In this document: positions 1-12,267 of the stretch, in pieces | How the letters are laid out: each line of letters begins with the position of its first letter | Position numbering within the stretch: the stretch's first letter is position 1 | DNA from: Podarcis bocagei | Lineage: Eukaryota | Direction: 5' to 3' (one strand) | NCBI GenBank assembly: GCA_964188305.1 | Contig: OZ076888.1 | DNA: 64,000 nucleotides | The notes under the pieces: model-generated | Databases searched by the model: none | Seen by the model: only the letters and a program-made list of their open reading frames with translations | What the model was told of the DNA's origin: nothing | Made by a program: the position numbers and the translations under genes

Positions 1-692
1 ATTAACTCAACAGGTGTGGAAGGATGTGGCAGCCCTGAGGACAGCAAGGGGCTGGGGGATGGCAGCTGGAGTGTTTGAGAACAGCAAAGCATCAATAAAC
101 ATCCCTATCAATCTTTTCCCTCCTGCCCCTAAAGTAGGTAGCCAGGTTCTGATTTATATATAACATATAATCCAGTGGCTAGGCTGCGGGTAGAGAAGAT
201 ACATCATCCTAGAGAGTGAGCAGCATTATCTCTTGACAGCTACTGAATAAAACTATCAACCTTTCCGTCTTTGGGAAGTGCATGAAAAATTATTCACTCT
301 CACTCATTATTGAACTCAGGAGCTGCACTACTGAAGCGGTTCATATGTTAATGGCAAGCTAGGTGACAAGGCCTTGTGCTCATGTTTTCCTCCTCCTTGT
401 GCCCCACTTCAGTTAGTTACTTCCTCTTTAGGACAAATCACAGTTTGCCATCACATCTAATCTGGCAAACTGTGGTTCACACCTATTCTCCAAGCAGGAA
501 TACAAACAAGTTTTGAAGCATAGTGTGCAATCTTGGAGAGCAAGCACAGAAGCCATAGTTTGTGCTCTGATGAAATGGCATCTGAACAGAGGAGAGCTAT
601 GGACTATCGTGTGTGCTAAAGAGAAGGAAACTAACTGAACCTGAGTATGGGAGGGAATAGAGTTGTGTGTGAACACAAAGCTTGTTCAAATA

Positions 693-933
693 CAGTCAAA
701 CCCCGTTTGTCGAATGTAATCCGTTCCAGAAGCCCATTTGGCTTCTGAAATATTCGACAACCAAGGCACAGCTTCCGATTGGTTGCAGGAGCTTCCTGCA
801 CTCAAGCGGAAGCCACATCAGATGTTTGGCTTCCGAAAAATGTTCAAAACCCAGAGCATTTACCTCTGGGTTTTCGGTGTTCAGGAGCCAAAACGTTCCA
901 AAACGGAGGTGTTCAGGATCCGAGGTTTGACTA
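693..933. mobile_element. Tc1/mariner (Tigger/pogo-like) MITE
   Basis: Flanked by TA; termini CAGTCAAACCCCG and CGAGGTTTGACTA are imperfect inverted repeats; no coding capacity. Confidence 0.7.
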
Positions 934-2354
934 TAGTACCAAACCATGTCTGAATGGAGCCACTATTAGAAGCTGGCTACTGATTCCAACAAAAAAGCAT
1001 TCACATTAGTTTCTTATCAGGATTGCTCAGGCCTATCTCTCACAAATGAGTGAATACTCCTGTTTCTCAGCTGTACCATTGCAGATTTCTGTTAGGGGCT
1101 CAACAAGATTGAATGCTCTTCCATTAAAAAAAATGCATAGAAAACTAGATGGCTAGGAGAAGGATCCTTGCCTTTCTCTCTAACATGTTAGTTTTCTATG
1201 TGTATTTCTTTTGAATGGAGAAACATTCAATCACTTTAAATCTCTAACCATTTACTGAAGTGGTACAGTCCAAACACAGGTTTGCCACATGAGACAACTA
1301 GAGCTCAGATTGCCTGAAGTGGAAACTTATACTCTTATTTTGTAGCTTCTCTTTACCTGAGCTCTAATTGTTGGGTACATAAACCTCATATCTGAATATT
1401 TGCAAGCCCACATAATCCATGGAAACTTCCTTTCCAGCTCATTCATAAACAGTGTTTGCCAATCTCTGAATCAGAATGGTATGAAGTATCTTAAGTAAAT
1501 ATATAATTGTTCAGTCCAATACATATTCAAATGCATGCATAGGACATCATCCTAGAAAACAGGTTTTTTTCAATCTAGTTTACTAATTATACTGAGATGT
1601 CAAATCAACATTCAATTACAATGTCAATCAAGCAGTTCCACAGAAACTGGAGAAAGAATCAATGGAAAAAGTGACCGAACTAATGATGTAAACCAAGCTT
1701 TCCATTCGGTTATTTGACTATCCTTGAGAAAGTCGGGCAAACTTAACAACTATCGTCAGTAAGCTAAAATGATAGAACCTTGGCCTAACTGAAACCCTGT
1801 CACAGTTCAAAGCAGGGGTAGCCAACGTGGTACCTGTTGTTGAACTATAACTCCCATCAACTTCAGCCAGCATGAGCAGTTGTCAGGACAGCAGCCATAT
1901 TTTAGTACTTAAACTGGGCTATAAAGATCCTGGATAGAGTATGGCTTCTCAACAGCATTCCCCTGGGTTCTGTTCAATCACTGTTGGGCTTTCTTTCGTT
2001 TGTTAAATTAACTAGAAGAATACTGGAAACTTAAAGGACCAACACACCAGCATATTTAACTGAGTCACATTGATTTTAATGGAACTTGCTTCCAAGTAAG
2101 TATGCTTAGGATTGCAGTCTCAAGAGGCCAAATAAAAGGTGAACTGTGCTTATTATTAAGGTCACTTCTTAGACCTGTTTATTGAGCATTCATCCTATTT
2201 TTTGTTAGCAAAAGGCTTGCAAGGAGGTTAGACAACATCATTCTGATTTGTTTGAAGGGAGTTTACACAATATTGCATCAAGCAATTGTTACCCCCCCCC
2301 CATTTTCACAATACTTTCCTCATCACAAAAGGTCTAGTTTTATGGGAAACACAT

Positions 2355-2356
<2 letters not shown>

Positions 2357-2405
<49 letters not shown>

Positions 2406-2417
2406 TAATAATAATAA
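2357..2417. repeat. (AAT)n microsatellite, probably a LINE tail
   Basis: Direct reading of the sequence. Confidence 0.9.
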
Positions 2418-5400
2418 ATTTTATTTATACCCTGCCCTCCCCAGCCAAGACCAGATTCAGGGTGGTTAACACCAGGTAAAAACAATTGATTAAAATACAA
2501 CTTAAAAACAAGATTAAGTAATTTGATGTACAAGAGCATCAAATCAACCACATTTGTGCTCCTTGATTTGGCAGTATGTGACTGAACCCCACCTGAAAAT
2601 AGCAACAGTCTAACAGCACCTCAAGATCATTTAATAGTTAGTTTTTAAAATGAACAAGGGATGTACTCATGACATTTCACTGAGTCTGGTCCAGACACTG
2701 CAGTCAAAAGGTTTCTTAGCAACAATTAGGATACAGGTAGGGTTCCCCGCTAGGTCACAACCTGCAGAACCTTCTCATCTCTTGGGTAGAGCCACAGCCA
2801 TTAAACAGGATTCAGCTGTGGCTTTTCCTGTTTCTCCTCCTGGGCCTCTTACGCACCCTCCACCCCCAGCTGCTGTGTGTCAAAACAAGAGTTTCTGTGG
2901 CTGCAGCAGGTGGGGGAAGTGTGAGTGTGGAAACTGAAGCTGCATCCTCCTTCAGAGCTGCAGCAATATTAAAGTAACAAAAGGATTCACATGGTTGTCG
3001 CCTGGCAAGCCTTGATGCATGTAGGGATGTCGAATCTGGATCTTGATCAGCTAAGCTCACACACTGCAGAAGAACTCCCATTTGTGTAAGAACAAAAGAA
3101 CATCCAAAATGGTGGTTGTTGCATATGCTTGTTTGCAGATAAAGTACCAGTAACTCTTTGCAGGATCCACTTTTCCAAAACTCTTGAGACCCTCCAGCTT
3201 GCATAGATTTTCCTGCACATTTTTAAAAATACTAACTTTTAAAAATCCCAGTATAAACACATCTTTCATTGGAAATTGAGGGTGGTTTATTTTTGCTATC
3301 CTTTTCTATTACTTTACCTTGTTGATCTGACACATCTTAGCCCCTATAAAGCCCCCTCCCCCCAATTCATCAAGGAGCTCTGTTCCTCTTCTGTTGTGCA
3401 CATAATTTTAAGAGCCTAGAGGTCACCCGCAACAGATTTCACCTCTCTGCCTCCTGACTTTGGGGCTCTTATAGCACCTGCCACAGCTTTCCCCAGGGCA
3501 GCCATCATTGCTTCTTATTCCAGTTTGTCACTAAGTACGAGAGAGAGAAATCAAGGGGCAGTAGCTGTCATTTGTTCAAACACAACTGTTGCCATGCAAC
3601 AGTCACAGTGCCACAATTAATGCTTTTCAGATTTTGCTCTGCAGTGCAGCTATTTGCATAGCTGGATGCTGAAACATGTCTATTTGCACAGAGCTGTCAC
3701 TGGCTGGTGTTCTGTTCTCAATTAGTATGTGTGCACAAATCCCTACATGCACATATGCAGTCTGTTTTTTTGTTGTTGTTGTTTTGTTTTCTTCTGAAGG
3801 ATGTGCACAGGCTGCTAAAAACATTTTAAAATTTCTGAGCAATGCTGGTGATTTTTAGGGTGGGGGCAGGAGATTAGCTACAATAGCAAACAACAGTAAT
3901 CTTCAGTTTGTAGGGATTTGGAGGGTTTACCTGAGAAATGTAGTTTTTGAAGTTCAGGCCATTCAGTTTGGCCCCTATTTGTATAACCACCAAAATCTTC
4001 AACTTAACACACAAAACACCCCCCTATTTCCCACTTCCTTAATATGACCAAAACGGATGCATCTTCCCCAGCTACAGAACAGACTGTTTGGAATCCATCT
4101 AACTGAGCTGCTGTATATCCAAATAAGAGGGGTGCGTGTGACCCAATTAATCACCCACTGCCTCCCAAGTTTCCTTTCCATCTCCATTTAGCCCCCTGGT
4201 AAATCAGTCTGACAGAGTATATGTTTACAGGTATGTTTTGTACCTCAAAGGCACAAGAAGAAGCAGCAGAACAAAAGTTCAAGGCTAAGTGTTTCTGTTC
4301 CTTTCAGATCACTCTAAGCACCACGATTATAGCTCTGTAAAAAAAACAAGACATAGCTATAAACTTATAAAACCCAGCCCTGTGGTTTTTTTTATACATC
4401 AAGAGGGAGACAGTTCTCTCCCTCTCCCTTATGCTTTTCAGCAGCCAACTCACAAAACAGATTATCAGCAGCAGAAGTCCCAGCACCCAGCTGTAGCAGA
4501 ACTTCCTCTCCCCTTCAGACTGAGAGGGCAACAGAAACCTCAGTCAGAACATGAAACAGATTGAATTTGTCACAAGATGGGCATGGTTTTGAGCCTGGGC
4601 TGCAGAGGCTTTAGAAAGGTCAGTGAAGAAGTGACACATCGCCTCTGTGCAGAAACACCCCTTATGAACAGTGGTCCAGACCTCCTCATAGCAACCCAAA
4701 AAACACAGGTGGTTAGTTTGAAAAACTGCAGCCCACACCTGGATGGGCTGAAGAAGAAGAAAAACACACTAGTTTCACCCTTAAATGCATTTTCAGAACA
4801 CCAATAATGTCCTTTATTCCTGAATGAATCTCTTGCTGATGATTTTTTAAAAAGGGGGAGACCCACTTCAAACTGAATAAAATTTTCCATCAATGTGTTT
4901 TTTTCATGTAGAAAATGCAACAAACAAACAAAACTAAGGCCAGTTTGTGTTGCCTGTGTTGTTTCAGGCTGGCTAGTTTATGAATCAGAACAACAAAAGC
5001 ATTGGCCATAACCTGGAACAAGTCTCGTGCTTCCCCCATTTGTCACCCAAATGCAGGGTGGTTGGCAGAAATTAGTCTACTCTGAACACACAGGGAAATC
5101 TGAGCCAGAAAAAAATAGTTTATGAATTAAGGGGCCTGTAAAGAGGAGGGGTAGATTTTGTACACAATTCTAAAAAAAGCAAAATACATAGGCAATCAAA
5201 CCTACAAGTCCCTTGATTTTCTTTGTTTTTGATTATGTCTTTTGGATTAATATACTTTATATGGGAGAGCAAGGCAGAATTTTAGCCCTTCAGAGTATGG
5301 AATTTTGGAAGTACTATACATTTTTTTAAAGCAACCTTCTTCACTATCTGAATCCAATCAAGTTAGGTAAGGAAGCCTCTGCAACCTATATCAAGGGTAC

Positions 5401-5759
5401 CTGATCTGTGCATTTTATTTCTTTCCAGAGCGTTCTGCTCTCCTTCCCACCCACCCACCCTCACCCACCCACTTTCCCCCATACAACATTTTAATCACCA
5501 GCTGTGACGCATCTAACAACCTTCTTGTGGCTAATTGAAAAACGTTATCATTCAGTCCATCCCTTTTAAACCAGGGGAGATTTATCATGCTGAAACATTA
5601 ACCCACGTACTGCTTTCATTTCAAGGGCTTTTCACAATGGTCCTTGCTAATTTTTCTGATTATCAAGGACATTGGGGAGCTTTTCTTCCTCTCCACCCCC
5701 CCCCCCCGGGTGAATGCATGGTGTTCCTGCCGCTGATAGTACAAACATCACTCACTCAC

Positions 5760-5795
5760 TTAACAGCTGGGCGTCGTGGCAGCCACCACGGCCAC
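5760..5795 (-). CDS. Candidate 36-nt in-frame cassette microexon, (G)WPWWLPRRPAV(N/K), for the downstream PALI1-type splice path
   Basis: Acceptor ttttatttgtgtttttatttataaag|G and donor AA|gtgagt. Open in the phase-2 frame left by exon 25165-25072. Confidence 0.45.
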   Translation of the reverse strand: MAVVAATTPSC

Positions 5796-6984
5796 CTTTA
5801 TAAATAAAAACACAAATAAAAGCGTGCAAACTTATGAACTGATGAAAGGCTTTAAACATGAAACTCAAGCCCAGAACAAAAATCTTCTAATCTAACAATT
5901 CCAGGGCTTTGAGAATGATCTCCCTAGCTAGGAATAGAAGCCACAAGCTACAGAGGGCTAGCTGACCCAAGGCCAACTCTACTACATTAAAAGGTTAGTA
6001 CTGTACAGATTTATATAAGTCTCGATTTTACTACACTCTATGAACAGAAGATACCATTCATTCGCTTAGCACAAGTTCATACATCAAATCCACGAGTTAT
6101 CTTAAAAACTTCAGATGAGGATGTCAACCAATCATTAGAAAATGGATGAGCATCTTTAAAACATCACATGATGCCCGTATCCTATGCAAACAGAAGTTTT
6201 TAAGAGAAGATAAATATATGGATAACAATTAATTGCTGTTATGTGAGTAAAGCATTTGTTATTTATATAGATTTATATGCTAGCCTCATATTACTTATTA
6301 TAACCCAGCCTAGAACTATGGCAAACAAAGCGGATAAGAAATACAAATAAATAAAATTATACAGTAGCTAAGGGTATAATCTGGGGTTCTCAGTGCAAAA
6401 CAATGGGCAATACAGCACTCTCAGGCACCTGACTTGGTGCCCCCCAATCCTCCTGCCCTCTTAATTTTTTTAAATTTAGTTTTTTAGCTTCTTGGAGAAT
6501 GTTGACTGTGTTTTTTTCTGTGTTTTATTTGCTTGGGGTGTACAGTGTTATGTCTGTGTTTTTGGGAGGGGGATTCACAGCATCTCCAGTTTTTTCTTGT
6601 GTGAAACTGGCACTTTATAGTGGCTACAACAGTTTATTCAATTTCCAAATGTGCCCTTTGACAAATAAAAGTTGAGGACTCCTACAAATGCCTTGAGTTA
6701 TCTCTCATGATTAAGGCTACCCACACTAGACAAAAGGCACCATCAGTGCAGTGGCACAGGAAGGGGGTGCAGTGGGTGTGGCCCGCCCTGAGTGTCATCA
6801 CTGAGGGGGTGACAAAGTGGCAAAAATATGTGTTTCTGGGTCACTACTGGGTGTGCCGCAATGCTCAGTCGTGCACATATTGAACGTGTGTAAATGGGGG
6901 CTGCCTGTACTGTACACAGCCACAGCCCCCCCCCAAACCCCAGTATCTACTTACTTCTGCATAGAATAGGATCTTAAGACCACT

Positions 6985-7770
6985 ACCATGGTTGCCAGTT
7001 CATTTCTGGGCCCAATTCAATGTGTTCGTGCTTAAAACTGTAAATGACACAGGCCCCAATTTTCTGAAAGACTGCCTCATTCCCTATAGACCATGGGTAG
7101 GCCAACTAAAGCCTGCGGGCCAGATCAGGCCCAACTGCCTTCTGGATCCGGCCCGCAGATGGTCTGGGAATCGCCGCATGGATTGCCAGCACGTGCGTTC
7201 TTTCCCTCTCCCTCACAGGGCAGCGCCGGCAGCGCCTCCTCCCTCCCTTCTCCTGGCTTCTCCCCACCCTGCCTAGAGGAGAAAAGGGCTTGGGCTTTGT
7301 TGGTGCCAGCAGCAGCAGCGCTTGAGCAGCCGCCATTTTAAGCAGCCCCTCTCCGGAGCCCTTTGGCACGCTGCTCATCGTCCCCCCGTCGCTGCCAGCC
7401 CCTGCCGCTCACAAGACACAAGTAAGCAGCCACCGGGGCTCGTGGTGCTCTTGCATCATTCCCCCATCAAGTCTGAGGGACAGTGGACTGGCCCCCTGCT
7501 GAAAAAGTTTGCTGACCCCTGCTATAAACCATCTCAGGTGCAGCAACTTGTGGGCGGTGTAGCAGCCTCAGAAAGGACCTTCTCTGTGGTGGCCCCTAAG
7601 TACTTCTTCCCCACAGAGGTGTGTCTGGCACCTCTTTACCCTGACCTTTGACACTTGAGGTGTATATCTTAAGATGGACCTTATTTTGTCATTTTAAGTT
7701 GTCTTAAACCGTTTTTAATATGTTTTAAATGTTTTAACTCACCCTGGGACCTTAGATGAAGTGCAAGAAT
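6985..7770 (+). mobile_element. Degenerate L2 LINE 3' fragment interrupted by a hAT MITE
   Basis: catggttgccagttcatttctgggcccaattcaa (HWLPV-type motif) and ggaccttctctgtggtggcccc (RAFSVVAP-type motif) lie on either side of the insert. Confidence 0.6.
7092..7521. mobile_element. Non-autonomous hAT (Charlie-like) element
   Basis: Termini CATGGGTAGGCCAACT and AGTTTGCTGACCCCTG; 8-bp TSD ctatagac (7084-7091) / ctataaac (7522-7529). Confidence 0.75.
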
Positions 7771-10700
7771 CCATCCATCCATCCATGAGAGTACCAGTAG
7801 ACATGACTGCAGCAGAACCAAACAGGACAGAGTTCTGCTTTCTTTCACAAATTGAAACCAGTGCCAATAGGGGCTAATGGAATCCTTATTACTAGGACTA
7901 TGCTAGAGTTGACTGAATTCTCTCAGAGAAAAATGCACTATTCAAATCTCAGCCTGGAAATTAGCACCATTTTCAGTGTTGTGCTGCTGAGTAAATTTGA
8001 TGTTAAAGTTTATTTACATGCCTGAAACCTCACAATGCTATTTCAAAAGGATTGTGTGTGTGTGCATGTGAGTAAAACTAAAGGATTAAAGACAAAGATA
8101 TAATGAAAGGGAAAAGTCACAGCAAGGTGCCTTAGCCAAAGGTAACAGCATGGCATGAAAATCATGCAGAGCCCTCCCTCCTCAGTTGACAGGGCAGTGA
8201 GGAAGGGAAATCCAGCCTTGACTTACCACCTGTATTATGTTATGTTGAAAGAAGTATATAGAGTTTCTCTACTGCTGTGCGATGAATTGAATGCAAATTA
8301 TGCTCCTTGCAGCAGATGGAAGGATTTTGCTACCTGAAATAACAGCCACCTGAATTTTCTACTGCCTGTATTGCTCTTCCCCCTCCTCACCCACAGCACA
8401 GGAAGCTTTGCTAGTGAAATGAGCTGTTGTTGGGTCTTAAAATATTTCCAATTAGTTGAATCAAATATCTGGAGTCTACAGGCAAACACAGAGCTTAGCA
8501 ATACAGTGAACAGAATGAAGTGCTGCCAGTTACTCTTGTTATGCAGAAATAAGTAGCATTTTTAACAAAATCACATTATTTGGGCTCGTATACAGGCATT
8601 TCAGGCATAGGTAGTACTAGGCCTGCTGTCAGGCTAGTTATTAATACTAACATCAAATCTTCAGCCTATGTGGCATATGAATCACTAAAGAAAATGGCTC
8701 CTCTGCTTGTTCTGCAGCCAGCAGCACCAACTGCTCCCACGCATGACTCACTAATAACAGCACACATATTGGGAAGTGAAACCCCACTAAACTCAGTCAG
8801 ACTTCCTTCCCAGTAAAGGTGTTTAGATTCAGGCTGCTACAGTCAGCGCCTCCAGCTAAACCTATCGTGAGGGCTGCCACATTGAAAGGACTGGAAGGTT
8901 GTCATTCAAACAGAAATCCACTGGGCAAAGATTATTTTTTTTCCAAAATCCCATTTGATTTGCAAATAATAATTTTAAAAAATGAATTGTTTGGTGATCC
9001 AAGGACGTTGGAGGATGTTTGTGCAGGCAAACATGTTTCTTGCTTATACTGACCAAAACAGAAAGGATGAATTGTACACCACATCTCTTGGTTCAGTCGC
9101 ACTTCCTAACTGGGTTCACTGCCGATTCGATAAGCTTGAAAGAAAACAGCCTAATTAACACAGGGATGAATCCAGACTTCACTCCTGTTGACATGCACAT
9201 CCTCTGAGCAGAGTCCCACATCAGAGAACACTTTCTCTAGCAGAGTAACTTCTGCAGATTCCCTCTCCCTCTGCAGCCCCCAGTGCCACTGCCTACACTC
9301 TGCCGGAGTATTGGTGGGTACTCCAGAACAACATGGGAAGTGGTACTGGGAGCTCCAGGTGATGGAGAAATCTGCAAAGTTGGTTCATCCCATCCACCAG
9401 CAAGATCCCTCTGCTGAATCAAAACCCTTCCATGGATTGAGTCAGTCTCTCTGTCAACAGAAATTAAAGACAAATTTGCCTATTCCTAGTATGGATTACT
9501 TAGCTAAAATACAGTGTATAGATAATTAATTACACCTGGCCCACCAAGGCTTTAATTGTACTGTAGTAGCTTTTACCTATATGGATGCCCATATACATGG
9601 AAAGCCTGGCATTCCCCAGATGTGTATACAAAAGCACATACTGGCATATTTTTGCTTCCAAAATTCAGACTATTCCTGCAGTAAAGATGGGTAGAAGATC
9701 AGAATTTCATCCAGCAATTGAGAGCACAGATTGTTGCCAAAGTAGGTCAGCCTACTTGAACACTAATTGGTCAGAACTTCCCAGGAAGCAAGTGCACCCC
9801 ATGTTATTTAGCTGAAAGGTAGAGCTGTTGCCAGTTCTTGTGCATTTGTTCTTGTGCATCTGGGAAACAACCTACCCAGACAACCCTCCTGAAAAGAGTC
9901 TAAGGCTGTGAGAGAGGAATCAATAGGTTTCCAATCCCTCTCCTAAAACAAAGTTTGGGAAGGGAAGAAAAGAATACTATGCTTCAAGGTGTTAAGAGCA
10001 ATGTTTAGGTAAAAGGAAGAATGTCCTTACTCCCCCTCCCCCCCAAAAAAATTCATGGGGTGCCACCATGTTTAGTTAGGGCAATAGGGCAGACCGCACA
10101 ATTTCAAAAGCAACTTACACCGCCACATTGGATCTGTGATGGACCGAAGGTTTGAGAGAGAGGTGAATTAGTAAAGGACTGTGTGTAGTAAATGCATATG
10201 GGGAATATATCGGCGAAAGAACTGTACTCCAACTTGACAGATCTTTAACACCTATATATAAACCACAATTCCCAAGATTCTGTGGCATTCTAATGTCACA
10301 TTGAGAACAAAACTCTGGATGGGGACAGGCAAAGGGAAGGAGGGGTAGCTTTAGTTCTCAAAAGACTTTCATTGTATTTTGTGAGACAAACTAAATGGTC
10401 TACAGTCTGGAACACCGTCAAGAATAGATAGGCAACAGCAGGCTTAGCTCTCATGCCACTATTGGGCCCCAAGTAGTTCCCTTTAATTTCTCCTATATAA
10501 GTAAATATTGGATGTTCATTGAGAAGGAGGGAAATAAAACATTAAGACTTCTAGCCAGCTTTTGCAGTGCAGGCAAAACCTTTCACCCCTGACAATAATA
10601 ACCTAGTGTCTACTGATACAGAATTGTGGGTGACACTGGGTTGCAATATACAGCTGCTGCCTACGTACAAGAGAACACACTATAATGATGAACATTCTGC

Positions 10701-12267
10701 AAGTAATTCATAATTTGCAAAGTGTCTATTAGGGACAGACAGAAGAAACTGTAGGAAGCTGGGATAAGTAATATTGTTATGCAGAAACATTATGCCTCTA
10801 TGCAGCTACACTATGGAAAATGTGATACCCGGCAGAGGCAAGTCTTTTTGACCCTATAACAGTGTACAACTGACCATGTCTAATCAGGAGTAGGTCCTAT
10901 TGAATTCAACAGGGCTGACTCTCAGGGAGTAATCTTAGGACTGCAGCCTTAAGTTTCTCAGAGGAAGCAATTCCCCTCCTCTCACAATGGACTAGTCGAT
11001 TAAAAGTCCACTTATGATGGCCCATAGAATTTAAAGAGAGTTGTTGAAAATGAAGCCTTTTTCTGTCCACATAGCCTTGCCCTTGGTTGTGTTTGTTGCT
11101 GATGGAAAGTGTGTGACAAAGGAGGATCCCAAAAACTTGCACATATGTAATGACTTGAGAACTCAGCAAACTACACAGCTGAGGTAGTTAAGAGTGCATA
11201 TTAATAGGAATATGAGATTAGAAGGAAAGTGCTGTAAATGAATCATTGTGAGTGAAATATAGGATGGTGGAAAGGTTGTTTATAAAAAGTACAGGCATCA
11301 CTAATATGGCCTTCTAACCAGCAGCTGCCGAAAACCATAGATCTACTTCTTTGACTGACTTGGGGGAGACCAGACTATGTAGAAAGGCCCTATAACACTG
11401 ATTTCAAATCAATGCCTAGTGGCAGCATTGTGCTACACGTAAGCCATATGCAAAAGGGATTAACCTTTTATCCAGACATGTACTGTGTTGCTCAAGACTT
11501 TTGTCTTGCCCATATAAAGGCTCTTAGCAATTACAATTACAATATTTCACAGTGTCTGTGGTTAGATTCAGATATTCATTTTTGAAAGAATGTAGCAAAC
11601 ACAAGTTCACACATTATTTTCATATGGTGTTAATTTCTTCTGAACATGCTCCCATGTGGCAGGCCTGAGATTTAGCATACCTCGGATAAAATGAAAACAT
11701 ACTGTATCTAGTAATGATACCTCACTACACTGAAAAGAGCATTCGGAAGAACCACAAGGAAGTGAAAGGTAAAAGACACCTTGTGGTGACATTTCCTCAT
11801 TTGGTACAATTTATTTTTAAATCTTGCATCCCAGTTCTATATAGGAGCTTCAAAAGAGCTAAGAATAAAAAAGATAAAACAATTCAATTTAATCAATTCA
11901 TGTAAAAAGTTAACTCAACTACTAAAACTGATACAATAACAGTTTAGATGAATCAAAACCATAATAGTGGACTATGTCATTGGATAGTGCTATATTGCTA
12001 GATAATAAACCTACACATCAGCTAATCATTAAAAGGTGGCCAAAGGAGGGAACTGAAAATGTGGCTGAGAGGTAGTTACTGCATGACAAGAGTACATTTT
12101 TACATTCATGAGCATCTGCTCTGCTACTCAAATACAAAACACAGCTTTATTTGTATATATAAACATATATCGACCCACCCTGGTACTCCACTGAAAGAAA
12201 GCATCACAAGGAAACAGAACCATAGATATTTTAAAAAGACACTTTAGAAACCAGCGCTTTGAACCAT

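Noticed and set aside
2812-3204. 130-aa minus-strand ORF with a basic C-terminus
   Set aside because: No recognisable homology or convincing splice-site pair; length is compatible with chance.
1-12260. PALI1/C10orf12-type large coding exon
   Set aside because: It would appear as a multi-kilobase minus-strand ORF. None exceeds 130 aa here, so it presumably lies left of the window.
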